Below are positions 1 to 12,499 of a DNA stretch of 64,000 nt, one piece after another (within the stretch, counting starts at the first letter, position 1; every line of letters starts with the position of its first letter). The position numbers and the translations under genes were made by a program. The stretch lies in assembly GCF_006345805.1 (NCBI RefSeq), contig NC_043017.1:30194001-30258000 (forward strand), given 5' to 3'. The stretch is from Octopus sinensis (taxonomy: Eukaryota). The notes beneath the pieces were generated by a model that was not told the DNA's origin, ran no database searches, and saw only the letters and a list, made by a program, of their open reading frames with translations.

Positions 1-59
1 GGAATTGATGTGATCGACTTCCACCCTTCACCCGAAATTGCTGGCTTTGTGCCAAAATT

Positions 60-480
60 TTAAATCACTATAATGCGTCGAGATGGCAGGATCGTTTGTC
101 CGTTTTTACATTTTGAGTTCAAATTCCGCCGAGGTCAACATTATCTTTTATCCTATAGGAGGCGATTAAATAAACACCGGTAGAGCACTGGGGTCGATGT
201 TGTCAACTTACCCACTTCCCCGAAATTGATTGGCCGTGTGATCTAATCTGTAGTCAATAATTATCTCATTATTAAAGGCAGTGAGCTGGCTGAATCTTTA
301 CCACGCTGGGCAAACTGCTTAGCACTATTTTGTCAGTCTTTATCTTCTGAGTTCAAGTTCCGCCCTGGTCGACTTTGCCTTTCATCGATTTCGGTTCGGT
401 AAAATAAATACCAGTTGAGTACTGACGTCGACTTAATTAACTTACTCTCCAACCCATAATTACTGGACTTGAATTAACAT
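60..480 (+). mobile_element. Two decayed copies of SINE family B (tRNA-headed)
   Basis: Degenerate gagttcaaattccgccgaggtcgactttgcctttcatc body twice (about 115-200 and 350-430), matching intact copies at 27508 and 61698. Confidence 0.75.
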
Positions 481-510
481 TTGGCACCGATAATTATCCA
501 GGTATATATA

Positions 511-699
511 GGCGCAGGAGTGGCTGTGTGGTAAGTAGCTTGCTTACCAACCACATGGTTCCGGGTCCAGTCCCACTGCGCGGTTCCTTGGGCAAGCGTC
601 TTCTACTATAGCCTCGGGCCGACCAAAGCCTTGTGAGTGGATTTGGTAGACAGAAACTGAAAGAAGCCCGTCGTATATATATATATATGTATGTATATG

Positions 700-745
<46 letters not shown>

Positions 746-923
746 TAGCATTGCTTGACAACCGATGCTGGTGTGTTTATGTCCACGTCACTTAGCGGTT
801 CGGCAAAAGAGACCGAGAGAATAAGTACTGGGCTTACAAAGAATAAGTCCCGGGGTCGAGTTGCTCGACTAAAGGCGGTGCTCCAGCATGGCCGCAGTCA
901 AATGACTGAAAAGTGTAAAAGAG
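511..923 (+). mobile_element. SINE family A, full length, with internal (TA)/(TG) microsatellite
   Basis: Head with A-box tggctgtgtgg and B-box-like ggtccagtccc, central microsatellite, tail ...gactgaaaagtgtaaaagag; recurs more than 12 times in the window. Confidence 0.9.
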
Positions 924-1532
924 TATATATATTCGTCGATTCTTTTCAGTTTTCTTTGCCTTAAAGAGACTTGCCATTTCCCAAAGAATTTTTTTCTGAA
1001 TTTGGCAGGAAGATACAAATGTACACCATTATAATGGTTAACGGGAAAAATAAATTCCCAGATCCAATTTACCCTCTTGTTAAAATATTTGTAAATAGAT
1101 TAACAAGGATATGTTGAAATGTTCGAGCGTGGCAAAGCAATCTTAGTCTTTTTTTTGCATTCTTATTAAGATATTCTTTCTCTCTCTCTCTCAAACAAAC
1201 ACACACACACAGCCAAGGAACCTGAATATATGACACGCAGCGTCACTCGATACCGCAACTGTAACTTTCAGTCGAATAATTCTATGATCAGAACAGATAT
1301 TACAATTTGGAATAGTATGCCTATCCCAATAAATGACTAGTACTAGATATAAAGAAATGTTGATAAAACGATTAAAACGTTGTGGCATCTCATACAGAAA
1401 GAATATCTTTTCTTGATATTTCTGTTGTAAGAGGGGAAATATTTAAGAGCAAACTTTGAGAATATTTTCTGCACTCAATTGGGTTTCCTTTCACAGTGTC
1501 CTAATCTGAAATTCCAAGAATTTTGCTTACAG

Positions 1533-1593
1533 CAGGCAGAACTGCGCTTTCTGCTTTTAAACAGCAATGAATACAATGAAAATGTAATATTGG
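1533..1593 (+). CDS. Isolated candidate exon (QAELRFLLLNSNEYNENVIL-G), unknown product
   Basis: ttttgcttacag acceptor, G|gtaagg donor, only one open frame; no homology recognised. Confidence 0.2.
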
Positions 1594-3043
1594 GTAAGGA
1601 TTTTAACAGACAGGGTGCTTAAAGCAGGTACTTATGCAATGGGTGTATTGTGTCTTACGGACTGCTTTTGAATCTCCAATCTCACCCAGTTTCTTCTGAA
1701 AGACAGCACTTATACATAGAAATAGTATCAGTCTTGTGTCTTGTTTTGTGGCTATATCGAGCAACCTAGTGAAGCAAGCTGCGGATGATTTGAAATCATC
1801 CAAAATATAGACTATTTTTGGACAAGAAAGTAATATTATCTTTCTATCAGCATACAACAACGGCATGAAAATTGCTGTTCTGTCAAGCATCAGCCTTTGT
1901 TCTGACAAAAACAAAAATGGTATTTTGTCATTCACCAGAATCTACAATGACAACGGTCAAACAGAAAAAGGATGAATAACACAGATATATCTCTACACAT
2001 ATCATTTGCGAGATAACAACTGATTGAAAATAACCTGTCATTGTCTCGGTCTGTAATTTTCCACGCCAAGAGATGAAAAGCAATATCGACCCCAGTATCT
2101 ATCATGTCAGAATTTAAAGAGACGTAACTAAATACAACAGGAGAGTTTTCTTCTCTGCTCTATCGATTGTCATGGAAATGAAAAAAAAAATACCTCATGT
2201 CAGCAGAAAACAAAACTTTAAAAATAAAAAATGTAAGGGAAGTTAAGGAATAGAAAAAAAACAACTGTTAATTCTAGTTTTTCCTGTTAGAGAATAACAT
2301 ATCATATGTCACAGTCCCGGTTCTTCCTCTCTAACTCCACTAATACTTTTACCAACATTCTACCTGATGGTGGTAGGAAAGCTTGGTGTGTCCTCAATGA
2401 ATATATGCCATACCTGTATTTTTATCTCTTATGCATATGGGATAGCGCGTGAGTGGAAGAGAGAGTGACAGAAAGACTTTTCACCGCAAATAGAGAGTTG
2501 TGGAGGAATCAATCGATTTCGAAGTGCTAAAGCCATCAGTATAATATTCCTCAATGTGTGTTGCAGGTATTTTCAAAGTGATGGGGAGGATTGCAAAAAG
2601 TAGTATGATAGTTGTCCATTTTTACCAAAATTGAGGTAGTTTCAAATGTTTGTATTATGTGACACTATGTGGTGAAAAATGAATGGTTATCAGGAGCCAA
2701 TCATGCCTTGTATTCTCCTGAATAAAAGGAATGGGGATAGAACAGTCACTAATTATTTTATAAGGGTTTAGCTTTTGGAAGTTGACACACCTGAAACTTG
2801 GTCTACAAATAAGGGACAAGATACAATTTTGCCAAATGAGCCAAATGGCGTACATTATATAGTCTTTTAAACATTATACTACATTATACATTATAGACGA
2901 CAGGCAAAACAACCTATTTCGAAATATGACACAAACAAGTAAAAAAGCAACATGTACGGATAGAAAAACGAGTTCATCTTTATACTATCATTTGCATCCT
3001 ACAGTTCCCGTTAAATATGATTATTTTAGTTTATCTTCAACTT

Positions 3044-3192
3044 TTATTTAGCCATAAATGCGTGTTCTGTATTGCTGCTTCTTTTCATTTTGTTGTCGGT
3101 CAACTTTGATCCAGAAGATCTATTTTTAAAGTCTTCTAACAATGAACATTTCTTGTGAAGGAATAAATACTTCAAAGAGTCCTTAGGGCAGT
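3044..3192 (-). CDS. Candidate terminal coding exon of small minus-strand gene (N-CPKDSLKYLF...AFMAK*)
   Basis: ttctctacag acceptor; only phase 1 stays open (to TAA at 3044-3046), matching the upstream exon; AATAAA overlaps the stop. Confidence 0.35.
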
Positions 3193-3257
3193 CTGTAGAG
3201 AATTCAAATATATTTGCTTGCTCTTATGTATTGCGACCACTACAAAAGGGAACTCAC

Positions 3258-3296
3258 TGGCTTTTGCTACATCAAGAATATTTCTAAAGGGACCAT
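3258..3296 (-). CDS. Candidate 39-nt internal exon (GPFRNILDVAKA)
   Basis: Long polypyrimidine tract ttttacattctttctctttctctctctccttttag, donor CCA|gtgagt, open only in phase 1-1. Confidence 0.5.
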
Positions 3297-3699
3297 CTAA
3301 AAGGAGAGAGAGAAAGAGAAAGAATGTAAAAGAGGGAGGGAAGTTAGAGAGTGGTATTGGCAGTAATGACTCTAAAGGCAGTGATATGAATGAATTTGAA
3401 TATGCCAGACCTCCATTGCATGTAATTCCACAAGTTAAAACCTCCGCACGAACCACGCATCAACTTTGTTCATATATATATCAGTTACATCTAATGTACG
3501 ATTCCTTTCCGTAAATCGTCGATAAATATTTTCACAAGCAAAAGAAAAGTTAAGAAAAACCCTGCTATATATATATATATATATATATATATTTCTGATG
3601 AGAAATTTGATCTTTCAGTCTTTCAGAGATATTATTTGGAAGCAAAATGGAACCAATCAAAAATCCATTTCAGAAACACAATATTCTCTAATAAATCAC

Positions 3700-3773
3700 A
3701 ATCATTCCTAACGAATGAAAAGTGTTGCATGTCTGTTGTAACATATCTACTTAGATCTTGCAATCTCGCTTTA
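3700..3773 (-). CDS. Candidate internal exon (KARLQDLSRYVTTDMQHFSFVRND)
   Basis: ttttgtatttcttattag acceptor, open in phase 2; weak donor T|gtgatt chosen because it gives phase 1. Confidence 0.35.
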
Positions 3774-4264
3774 CTAATAAGAAATACAAAAGTACTGAGA
3801 TATTGATATTTCTTCAGAGAATTACTGTAAATTATGTAACATAAGATCTAGGAAAAATAGCCAAATTAAGCGAAACGGTGATAAAAACATTTAAGCCATA
3901 ACCATCAACACTTTGTTCCAGGCAATGTGTATCAATGAACTTAGGTTAATTCTTACTTCTATATTTAGTATATTAAAGTGTTACGTGGTTGTCTGTGATT
4001 CGATGATATCTTGGTTACTACTCTTATTCAGTTGAGCGAAATGTATTTACTCATTCTTTAAACTTTATAATAAAACATCAACTCCATGATAAGCTCAGAA
4101 TTGTGTTTGACTACATCTTACTACTCAGTAACGTATTTCCTATTCGGTTTACATGTTAGACTAAGTTTGTAATAACTTAGGGCCGCAGCCGTTGTTGAAA
4201 TTCTTTACCATAAGTTAGATGTGATTCAAGTGAAGTAAGTAGTTATTTAATAATCCTTTTCTAC

Positions 4265-4467
4265 AAGACACAAGACATGAAATCTATTGTGGGGGTTAAA
4301 TCGATTCCATCGACACCAGAATTTCACAACTACTTAATTTATCGACCCCAAAATGATGAATGGCAAGGTCGACCTCGGCAGGATTTGAACTCGGACTGTA
4401 GCGACGGGCGAAATACCGCTAAGCATTTCGTGCAGTGAGCTAACGATTCTAACACCTCGCCGCCTTG
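4265..4467 (-). mobile_element. SINE family B, diverged
   Basis: gtcgacctcggcaggatttgaactc...cctcgccgcctt is the reverse complement of the family B head and body. Confidence 0.8.
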
Positions 4468-4617
4468 AGTGATCATTTCATAATGAATGAATTCGATACC
4501 TCGACGACCTCACTTAGAATTTTGCAAATAGTGTATCAAAATATATATTGTCCATCTTGTGCTTTAAGTTTTTAAAAATGCGTGTGTTTGAAGAATAAAA
4601 AGACAGGTATTTCTAAC

Positions 4618-4784
4618 TTCCGTAAATATTCGAGTATAGTCCACCCTTGAGTATAATACGCAGGGGATTTTTAGGAGGCTGTACCTCTGAAAAACATAAA
4701 CCTTGTGTATAATACGCACCCCTTCTCTAACTTGAGTCAAGGAGGTGTATATAACGTCCTTGCTTTGTAAAACTGTATACGGCA
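4618..4784. mobile_element. Possible MITE or DNA-transposon remnant
   Basis: Ends ttccgta...tacggca resemble short terminal inverted repeats; internal repeat gtataatacgca twice. Confidence 0.3.
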
Positions 4785-5139
4785 ACGTCCTTTATTATTA
4801 TTGCATATATAACGTAATGCAAGCGTGTAGCTTTTTGTGCATTTTGTTGGCAGACAATAAAGAAATAACAGTAATAACGTTTAATAAATTTTGCTAATTG
4901 CAAGTTATAGATGATCCTTTTATAACTTCATTGCTTTCAGGCTTAGCTTAAGGTATTTTCGCGCAAAATACATCCGAATAAAGATTGCCGGACAGCAAAT
5001 AGAGACTCTGACATTGCTTAGAAAATATTTTTTTATTTTTAACCTCGTATGTACTACGCACTATGGACTTTGACACCACGGGATATATATTTTAAAGAGG
5101 ACAATAGTCTTTAAGTTCATTTTTTATAACTTGTTTTGG

Positions 5140-5194
5140 GAAGACGGTGGTGGAATTAAGAACTTTAGAATAAGTTCTAAGCACCACCGTCTTC
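5140..5194. other. 55-nt hairpin (13-bp perfect outer stem plus 6-bp inner stem)
   Basis: gaagacggtggtg (5140-5152) pairs with caccaccgtcttc (5182-5194); agaact/agttct inner stem. Confidence 0.8.
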
Positions 5195-5200
5195 TCCTAC

Positions 5201-5280
5201 ATATCTTTTAACCACTGTTTAGGCGGGTTAATTTCCCACTCTAAGACAGAGGTTTTCTTTTTAAGTTCCTTCTCTGTCAT
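5201..5280 (-). CDS. Candidate first coding exon (MTEKELKKKTSVLEWEINPPKQWLKD), exon 5201-5316
   Basis: Acceptor ttcggtttgtgtttttggcag at 5317, ATG at 5280, donor AT|gtagga (phase 2). Confidence 0.35.
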
Positions 5281-5696
5281 GTCAAAAAACAGTTCAAAAG
5301 TAGTACAAAAGACAGTCTGCCAAAAACACAAACCGAATAAAAATAAAACAAAATAAAAGAGGAGGAAACTGAAATTAAATTAATGAAAAGAATGAGACAA
5401 AATTTAGAAAGAAAGAAAAAATAGAAGGGAAAAGTAAAAGAAAAACCTCACAAATAGCAAAGACAGGGAATCCTTTGTACAATACTCCAAAGAGGTAATC
5501 CAAATGGCTTATTCTTGAAGTACTCCACTTCGGAAAAAGTGTACTTTTACTGGCGACATACGCGCACTAGAATTTACAAAAAGAATTTTTAAGCAGAAAT
5601 TCTCAATTCACCGTTAAGGTGATGAGAACCCAGTATTTTGCTCGCTATAGCGAGCCATAATTGACAATTTTTCTTTTTGTTCTTTTTTCTACTCAC

Positions 5697-5780
5697 GGAG
5701 CCAAAAAAAAAAAAAACTCACATCTTGTCACCGAAACAGTCCAGACCAAGTAGTGTTGCATTCTGGGTAACCGGAAGTAA
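5697..5780 (-). promoter_or_regulatory. Putative promoter and 5' UTR exon
   Basis: ETS-type motif CCGGAAGT at 5771-5778; two minus-strand donors GAT|gtgagt (5721) and TCC|gtgagt (5696). Confidence 0.4.
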
Positions 5781-6170
5781 GCAATATATTTACCACACAG
5801 CCACTCCTACGCCTCTCTGCTAGTATGATTGTGAAATCTTAAATCCATCTGTCTCTCTATATTTGTGTCTGTTCTTTTTTTGTGCGTGTGTACGTACGTC
5901 CCGCATTTGAAAATTAAAAAAAACCTTCCACCCAAACCAACAACATGAGACCTCTTAAGTCTTTATGAAAATACTCATTCTCTTCTTAATCACTACAATC
6001 GACATCACAAAATCCCAAATTGTTTCACTTCGACAAAAGTATAACAAACGCCATCACAATTTCAAATACATCAATGATATTCATTAACATCACACGTAAC
6101 AATAATTAATTCTCTGGAAGTACACAGCATATCCCTGCTTCCCGAAATATCCATTAATATATCACTAGCA

Positions 6171-6415
6171 TCTCTTTACTCTTTTACTTGTTTCAGTCAT
6201 TTGACTGCGGCCATGCTGGAGCACCGCCTTTCTTTTAATCGAGCAACTCGACCCCGGGACTTATTCTTTGTAAGCCCACTGAAATGGGTTTCTATCGGTC
6301 TCTTTTGCCGAACCACTAAGTGACGGGGATATTTACACACCAGCATCGGTTGTCAAGCAATGCTAGGGGGACAAACACTGACACAAACATATATACACTC
6401 ATACACACACACACA

Positions 6416-6454
<39 letters not shown>

Positions 6455-6482
6455 GACGGACTTCTTTCAGTTTCCGTCTACC
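6171..6482 (-). mobile_element. SINE family A, 5'-truncated
   Basis: Tail, microsatellite and body match family A; head missing after ggtagacgg. Confidence 0.85.
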
Positions 6483-7210
6483 ATCATCGGCATTTTCTTC
6501 GCTCATCACTACGACATACCCTACACGCTCCTTATCATCTGCATTTGAAGCAGTCACAGTTACAAAATCCTCAGTTCCGTTCATCTCATCAGTCAGGCAA
6601 TTATAACCCCACCAACACTTTTATTTAAACATTTATTCACCAGTATCGCAGCAATATTGTACTCACAACAACAAAATCTACGTTCTTGATAATATAACGA
6701 TATAAATTCATTCTTACTCACGTCATCGAAAAATATTTCAATACCTACATAAATATCTACTTTGCGTGTGATACAGTCGATATTATCTTTGTGAACAAGA
6801 ATAAGCATATAAAAATTGGATAGAGGATATAAAAGTATTAGCGTGCAATTATGGAATGCAACAGATTTATTTCAAATCTTTAGAAATATTTGGCCGCTTT
6901 AAGTTAGGAGTTAGAAGATTAAGTGAATAAAAAAAACTGGAAGAGAGATTACAGTATTGTTTTCCATTTTGAGATAAATGTATCTATGTCTTATAAGTTA
7001 TTTAAAAAATATCAGTAGTAATAAATCTGGACATATTACATACAGCTAGAGACACATACAAGCATATATACTTATGTATTTGCTCAGTACTATGTGTAGA
7101 TTATTACATGTATATGTAGGTATATGCAATATACGCATACACCATATGATGCATATACATATGAATTATACATCCACATACACACACGTATGTCTGCAAA
7201 TCTGCATGTA

Positions 7211-7264
<54 letters not shown>

Positions 7265-7280
7265 TACATATATATATACA

Positions 7281-7443
7281 GCAGGGGTGGCTGTGTGGTA
7301 AGTAGGTTGTTTGCTAACCACATGGTTCCGGGTTCAGTCCCACTGCATGGCATCTTGGGCAAGCGTCTACTATAGCCTAGGGCCGACCAAAGCCTTGTGA
7401 GTGGATTTGGTAGACGGAAACTAAAAGAAGCCCGTCGTATATA

Positions 7444-7495
<52 letters not shown>

Positions 7496-7712
7496 TGTGT
7501 GTGTTTGTGTGTCTGTGTTTGTCCCCCTAGAATTGCTTGATGACCGATGATGGTGTGTTTATGTCCCCGTTACTTAGCGGTTCGGCAAAAGGGAACGATA
7601 GAATAAGTACTGGGCTTACAAAAGAATAAGTCCAGGGGTCCAGTTGCTCGAATAAAAGCAGTGCTCCAGCATGGCCGCAGTCAAATGACTGAAACAAGTA
7701 AAAGAGTAAAGA
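7281..7712 (+). mobile_element. SINE family A
   Basis: Full head-microsatellite-tail structure. Confidence 0.9.
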
Positions 7713-10162
7713 ATATATAACGGGAGACTCTTCTATTAACAGAAGAAATAGCTAAATTCTTTGACTGCTATTTCTAAAAGTTCGGCATGTGGTAAAGCAA
7801 ATTTTTTTGCTGAACCCTGAAATATTTTTAGAGTACGTTAGAAAATGCTTACATGATTGAAGGTTTTTCGAAAGACGAGACTACGAAATGCGAAACCTAA
7901 GCTTCTTAATAATGAAAACAAATAGTTTACGAAGGCGAGAGATGAGGCAGCAGACGAGGCCTCTAAATGTACTCCTTGTAGCTACAGCTATTACATCTGT
8001 GTCTACAATTCTGGCAGGCTTTACTCTGAAGGAGAATTTCAAAGTACACTTCTGCAGTTCCGCAAAGGCACTGGACCCCTCTTTCCCATATATATCTGTA
8101 TATGTTTACGTGCGTGTGTGTGTGTTTGTGAATAGTTAAATGTGCAGAAAGAACTTATCTCCTATGGTAAGAATAGAAGGAAAGATTCGTACAAAATATA
8201 AAAAGAAAATATATCTAAATCATTACTTAACGCAGAAAGCATGCGTATACGGGCGAGGATGGATGGATTTTGTGTGTCTCTAAGCTGGTTGACTTTTGGA
8301 ATCAGAACTAAGACTTCGAGTGAATGAGGAATTTATTTTGTAAAAACTGTAGATTGCACGGTTGAATGTTAGCGTTTGCCCCAGGCGTACACATTTCAGC
8401 TAAATTTCGTGTTGATAAATATTAGAAATGATTTATACTCATAGTTATATGCACATATTTACGAAAGATAAACCATAAAAAATGTTTATGAAAACAAAAT
8501 TCGATAGAAACAAACATATGACGTTATGTGACTTTATTCCAACACGGTATGAGATCATGCATTCGAAGCAATATGAGATTTTAAATATTATAAATATGCA
8601 TCTGGGTATGTGAAAAAATGTATCTGGTCGAATGATCATGAAGCGTTTAAAAGATTTTTTTTTTTCAAGTTTGTCAACATGCAACAATTTGATCAAGCAC
8701 GAAAACCGCTTTAGTGTAATTGTGAAATGGAATTATGCAAAATCGATGAGTAATCACATGAGCTGAACGGGAATAACGGGAATATAAAGCTTTATCCTAG
8801 CAGAATGGAATGAACTGAATTAGAGGGGAGACAGGAGGAATTGAGAAATAGGGGAAATCAAAAGAAAATAGAGGATGATAAATAAGTTTTAGGAAGCACA
8901 AATAAAGAAGGCGAGAGAAATGAAAGCGTTAAGTATTATTCGAGGTTAACAAAATGACACACCTGTAATAACTGAACAGGTCATCATTGTGATCTCTAAG
9001 TTAAGGATGTCGGGGGTTTTAATGTTTGAAGAATTTTAGCAAATGTCTGTATTCTTCCGAGGAAATACAAAATAATTAATTAAAAGATTTAGTGCATTTT
9101 TATTTTAGATTTTGTCAACGAACTTGGCATTCGTAGAGTTATGAGTGTCTACAATATTTGGTGTTTACCTGCATCCGGGTAGTCACCGTGTGTAGACTGA
9201 GCGTGGATTATTAACAGTGGATTATTAACAGAAAATATGAAGTCTCATATTTCAAATGATTAATGAATACCAATACGAATTGCATCTTATACCCGTGATG
9301 TTTCGGCGAAAGAAAAACGAATTAGGAGGAAAAGAAATATGAATGGACGAGGAAGAGAAAATACGGGAACTTCTTTGCAAAAAGCATGTATGCAAAGTTG
9401 TTACTTGTCGTGGAGGTGGTCAGAGAAACGCAACCTTCTGATTATTGATCACATTCTTTACACTTTCACAAACCTTCTGTTTCCCTATCGTCACTTCAGT
9501 AATTTTGTTCATTCCTCACTTTCATATGCTTTTCCAAAATCGCACTTGAACAAACATCATTTTATGATGCATTAATCATATGGCCTTGAACTTGTACACC
9601 TTAGCAATAATCACTTCCCTAAAGTGATTATAATGTAGTAATTTGAAGCTTGGCTGCGTTCAGCCCATGAAATTCTTGTCTAGATTCAAATGAGATTGGC
9701 ACTTTTAGTCATCTTCGCCTTTCTCATCTCACAGAAGATATCCGAGTGTAGTCTTATTGTAAATTCATGTGTTATTTGGATGGTCAGGTAATTATTATCT
9801 TTTCTTCAGACCTAGTTAGAGTGTGCTTAATAGCCCTGCATAGAAACTATCCAGTTATATTTAGTTGTATATTTGAATGACAAATCACCATATACGTCTG
9901 AATGTGTGATAATTTTTCTGTGGGAATGTAAATGTATGAGTGCAATACCAATTCACTGGTATTAGGTCATGACCTAGCAAGATAATGGACAAGTAAACTA
10001 TATCTTTTCTTTGTATGTAGAGAAAAAGTGAGAATACACAAGACCAAGTCTGTAGTTGTTACTCAAGAAAAAAATGGATTATTAAAAGAATTTAAGTTGT
10101 CAAAACATTTTCGTCGCTGTGAAACTACGACCTGTTCACTGACAAAATTCCGTGCATCATAT

Positions 10163-10193
<31 letters not shown>

Positions 10194-11019
10194 TGTTGTA
10201 TTTAGGAATGACCATTTTGCCAGTTTAGCCAATAAAAACACACGCACTATATATTTGGTGTTACTTTGCTTCAGCGTTATTCATTGATGTTTCAACACGC
10301 GATTTCGCATCAAAAATCTTGCAAAACAAATATATATATATATACATCACTGTCCTTTATATTCAACTATATTTAACGCTACCATGTTTGATAACGAAAC
10401 GCGATACACACATCTACCTATCTATCTCATCTCACACAAGATATCCGAGTGTAGTCTATATATTATACATATATATACATACATGTATATGCATATCTAT
10501 ATGTGTGTGTGTGTGTGTGTGTGTTTGGCAAGATAAACGCAGAGCAATTGAATTTGTATGAGAACGTAGGAAATTGCCAAACGGACTGAAGTAGGTGTGT
10601 CTGGGCTATAGTACACGTTCTAGTTGTTTGCTCTGAACCAAGTCTTCTAACCCAGCATTGCAATGTTGCCACTTAAAACAGTGGCCACCCGTTAGATTCT
10701 TGCCAAAAACTTACTCTACTACTAAATATCAATTTTCTTTAGGTCATACCACGAACCAGCTGCAGACTCACTTAACGTGCAAGCAAGCAAGTTACGTAAA
10801 TGAGTATGATAATTGAGCACAGAAAAATAGTTATAAAACTGTCACAACGAGTATAGTAATGCAGATGCACCAAGAACACACGGTTTACTTTTTCAATCCA
10901 TTTAGACGATAGGGTTGTGAAATCACTGAAATAACTTTGCAATCATAACCTCGTAATGTTACAGAAAACGAAGAATTTATGTAATAGCAATATTTATGGA
11001 AAATAAATCTCCAAATAAA

Positions 11020-11212
11020 TATAAACTGGCTTTCCGTCGGTTAAAACGAAGTATGTTCCAGCTGAACTGGTCAAAGGAAAACCTGTTCTTGAAATTATCG
11101 TGCAAGTGTTTGAGCACTGCACTGACACACGTACCCTTTACCTTGTTCTCAAGGAGATTCAGCGCAACAGAGAATGTGACAATGCTGGCCCTTTGAAATA
11201 CAAGTACTAGAA
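11020..11212 (-). mobile_element. Decayed SINE family C fragment
   Basis: Diverged match to the 17004-17397 copy (gacacacgtaccctt...ggccctttgaaatacaagtac). Confidence 0.6.
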
Positions 11213-11340
11213 AGAAATGAATGTGTAGTAATTCTAGATTTAGTGAAATTCAAAATAAATTGTTACATTGAACGGAAAGTTTGCGATGTCAGGAAATATC
11301 TTATGAAACAATATGTGCGGCGGTAGACTAGAAATAGCTT

Positions 11341-11548
11341 ACTCTCTCTTTTACTCGTTTCGGTCATTTGACTGTGGCCATGCTGGAGCACAGCCTTTAG
11401 TCGAGCAAATCGACACCAAGACTTATTCTTTTTAAGCCTAGTACTTATCCTATTGGCTTCTTTTGCCGAATCTCTAAGTTACGATGACGTAAACAGACCG
11501 GCATCGGTTGTCAAGCGATGTTGGGGGGACAAACACAGACACAGAAAC

Positions 11549-11593
<45 letters not shown>

Positions 11594-11758
11594 TACGACG
11601 GGCTTCTTTCAGTTTCCGTCTACCAAATTCACTCAGAAGGCTTCGGTCGGCCCGAGGCTATAGCAGAAGACACTTGCCCAAGGTACCACGCAGTGGGACT
11701 GAACCCGGAACCATGTTGTTGGTAAGGAAGCTACTTACCACACAGCCACTCCTACGCC
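11341..11758 (-). mobile_element. SINE family A
   Basis: Reverse complement of the full family A structure. Confidence 0.9.
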
Positions 11759-12460
11759 TATCGAAACTTGAATAATAAACCTTTATGTTTTCAGGAGATT
11801 AATAAACCAAAACTCTTATGCGCTTAACTATAAAGCCTGAGAATACATAACATAATGGGATCATTGAAAAACTACTCAGGTCAACCAGGACAGATGCTAC
11901 TATTTTCTTAATTTATAAATTGTTTCATTTATCGAAGTATGTTCATATCGTATTTCTGCATTAATGTGATGTTTGTTCATCAATTCGTCCGTACATGTTT
12001 CTCGTTATGTTACTTAAGAGTCTCTATTGGTCGAGAAGCCGAGTTACTAGGCATGGAAAAGGCACTTATAAACAAACGGATAGGCCTTGCATGTGCAAGA
12101 CACCTCGTGTGTCAGTACGACCCAAGATGTACTTAACGACTCAAAAAGGCAACATGCATGTGTTCTCGTGCATATACACTAGAATACTAGCATATATATG
12201 CATACATGTATATGCATATATAAATACATAAATTAACGAATTATTGTGCTGAGGACGCGAATGAATTTGTATAATTCTAACACAGAAACGCGTCCACAAT
12301 TAATCGAAGATTGTTTGATTTCGTTATTTTTCTTCTTTTGCCTATGTGAGTTACAAATATTGTTATCTGTGGAGTAATATCTGTAGTGAAAAGAATAAGC
12401 AGTCTTTGGCTGCTATTTCTAAATCTCCGGTATGCGGTGAAGCAACTTCTTGCTTAACCC

Positions 12461-12499
<39 letters not shown>

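Noticed and set aside
494-964. Recurrent ORFs such as MLGGQT...[13 protein letters not shown] and QHGRSQMTE
   Set aside because: Translations of SINE family A in various frames
1603-1935. GPCR- or TPR-like 110-aa ORF (MLDRTAIFMPLLY)
   Set aside because: Only a superficial DRY/PLxY resemblance with no further motifs; more likely 3' flank of the candidate gene
3218-3514. 98-aa + strand ORF
   Set aside because: Its K/R/E-rich core is the antisense of a polypyrimidine tract belonging to the minus-strand acceptor
6483-6808. Cadherin-like reading (FVTVTASNADD) and possible exon 6722-6786
   Set aside because: No DxNDN/LDRE motifs, frames interrupted by stops, no partner exons
9109-9182. + strand terminal exon DFVNELGIRRVMSVYNIWCLPASG*
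   Set aside because: Good acceptor only; short, no homology and no linked exon
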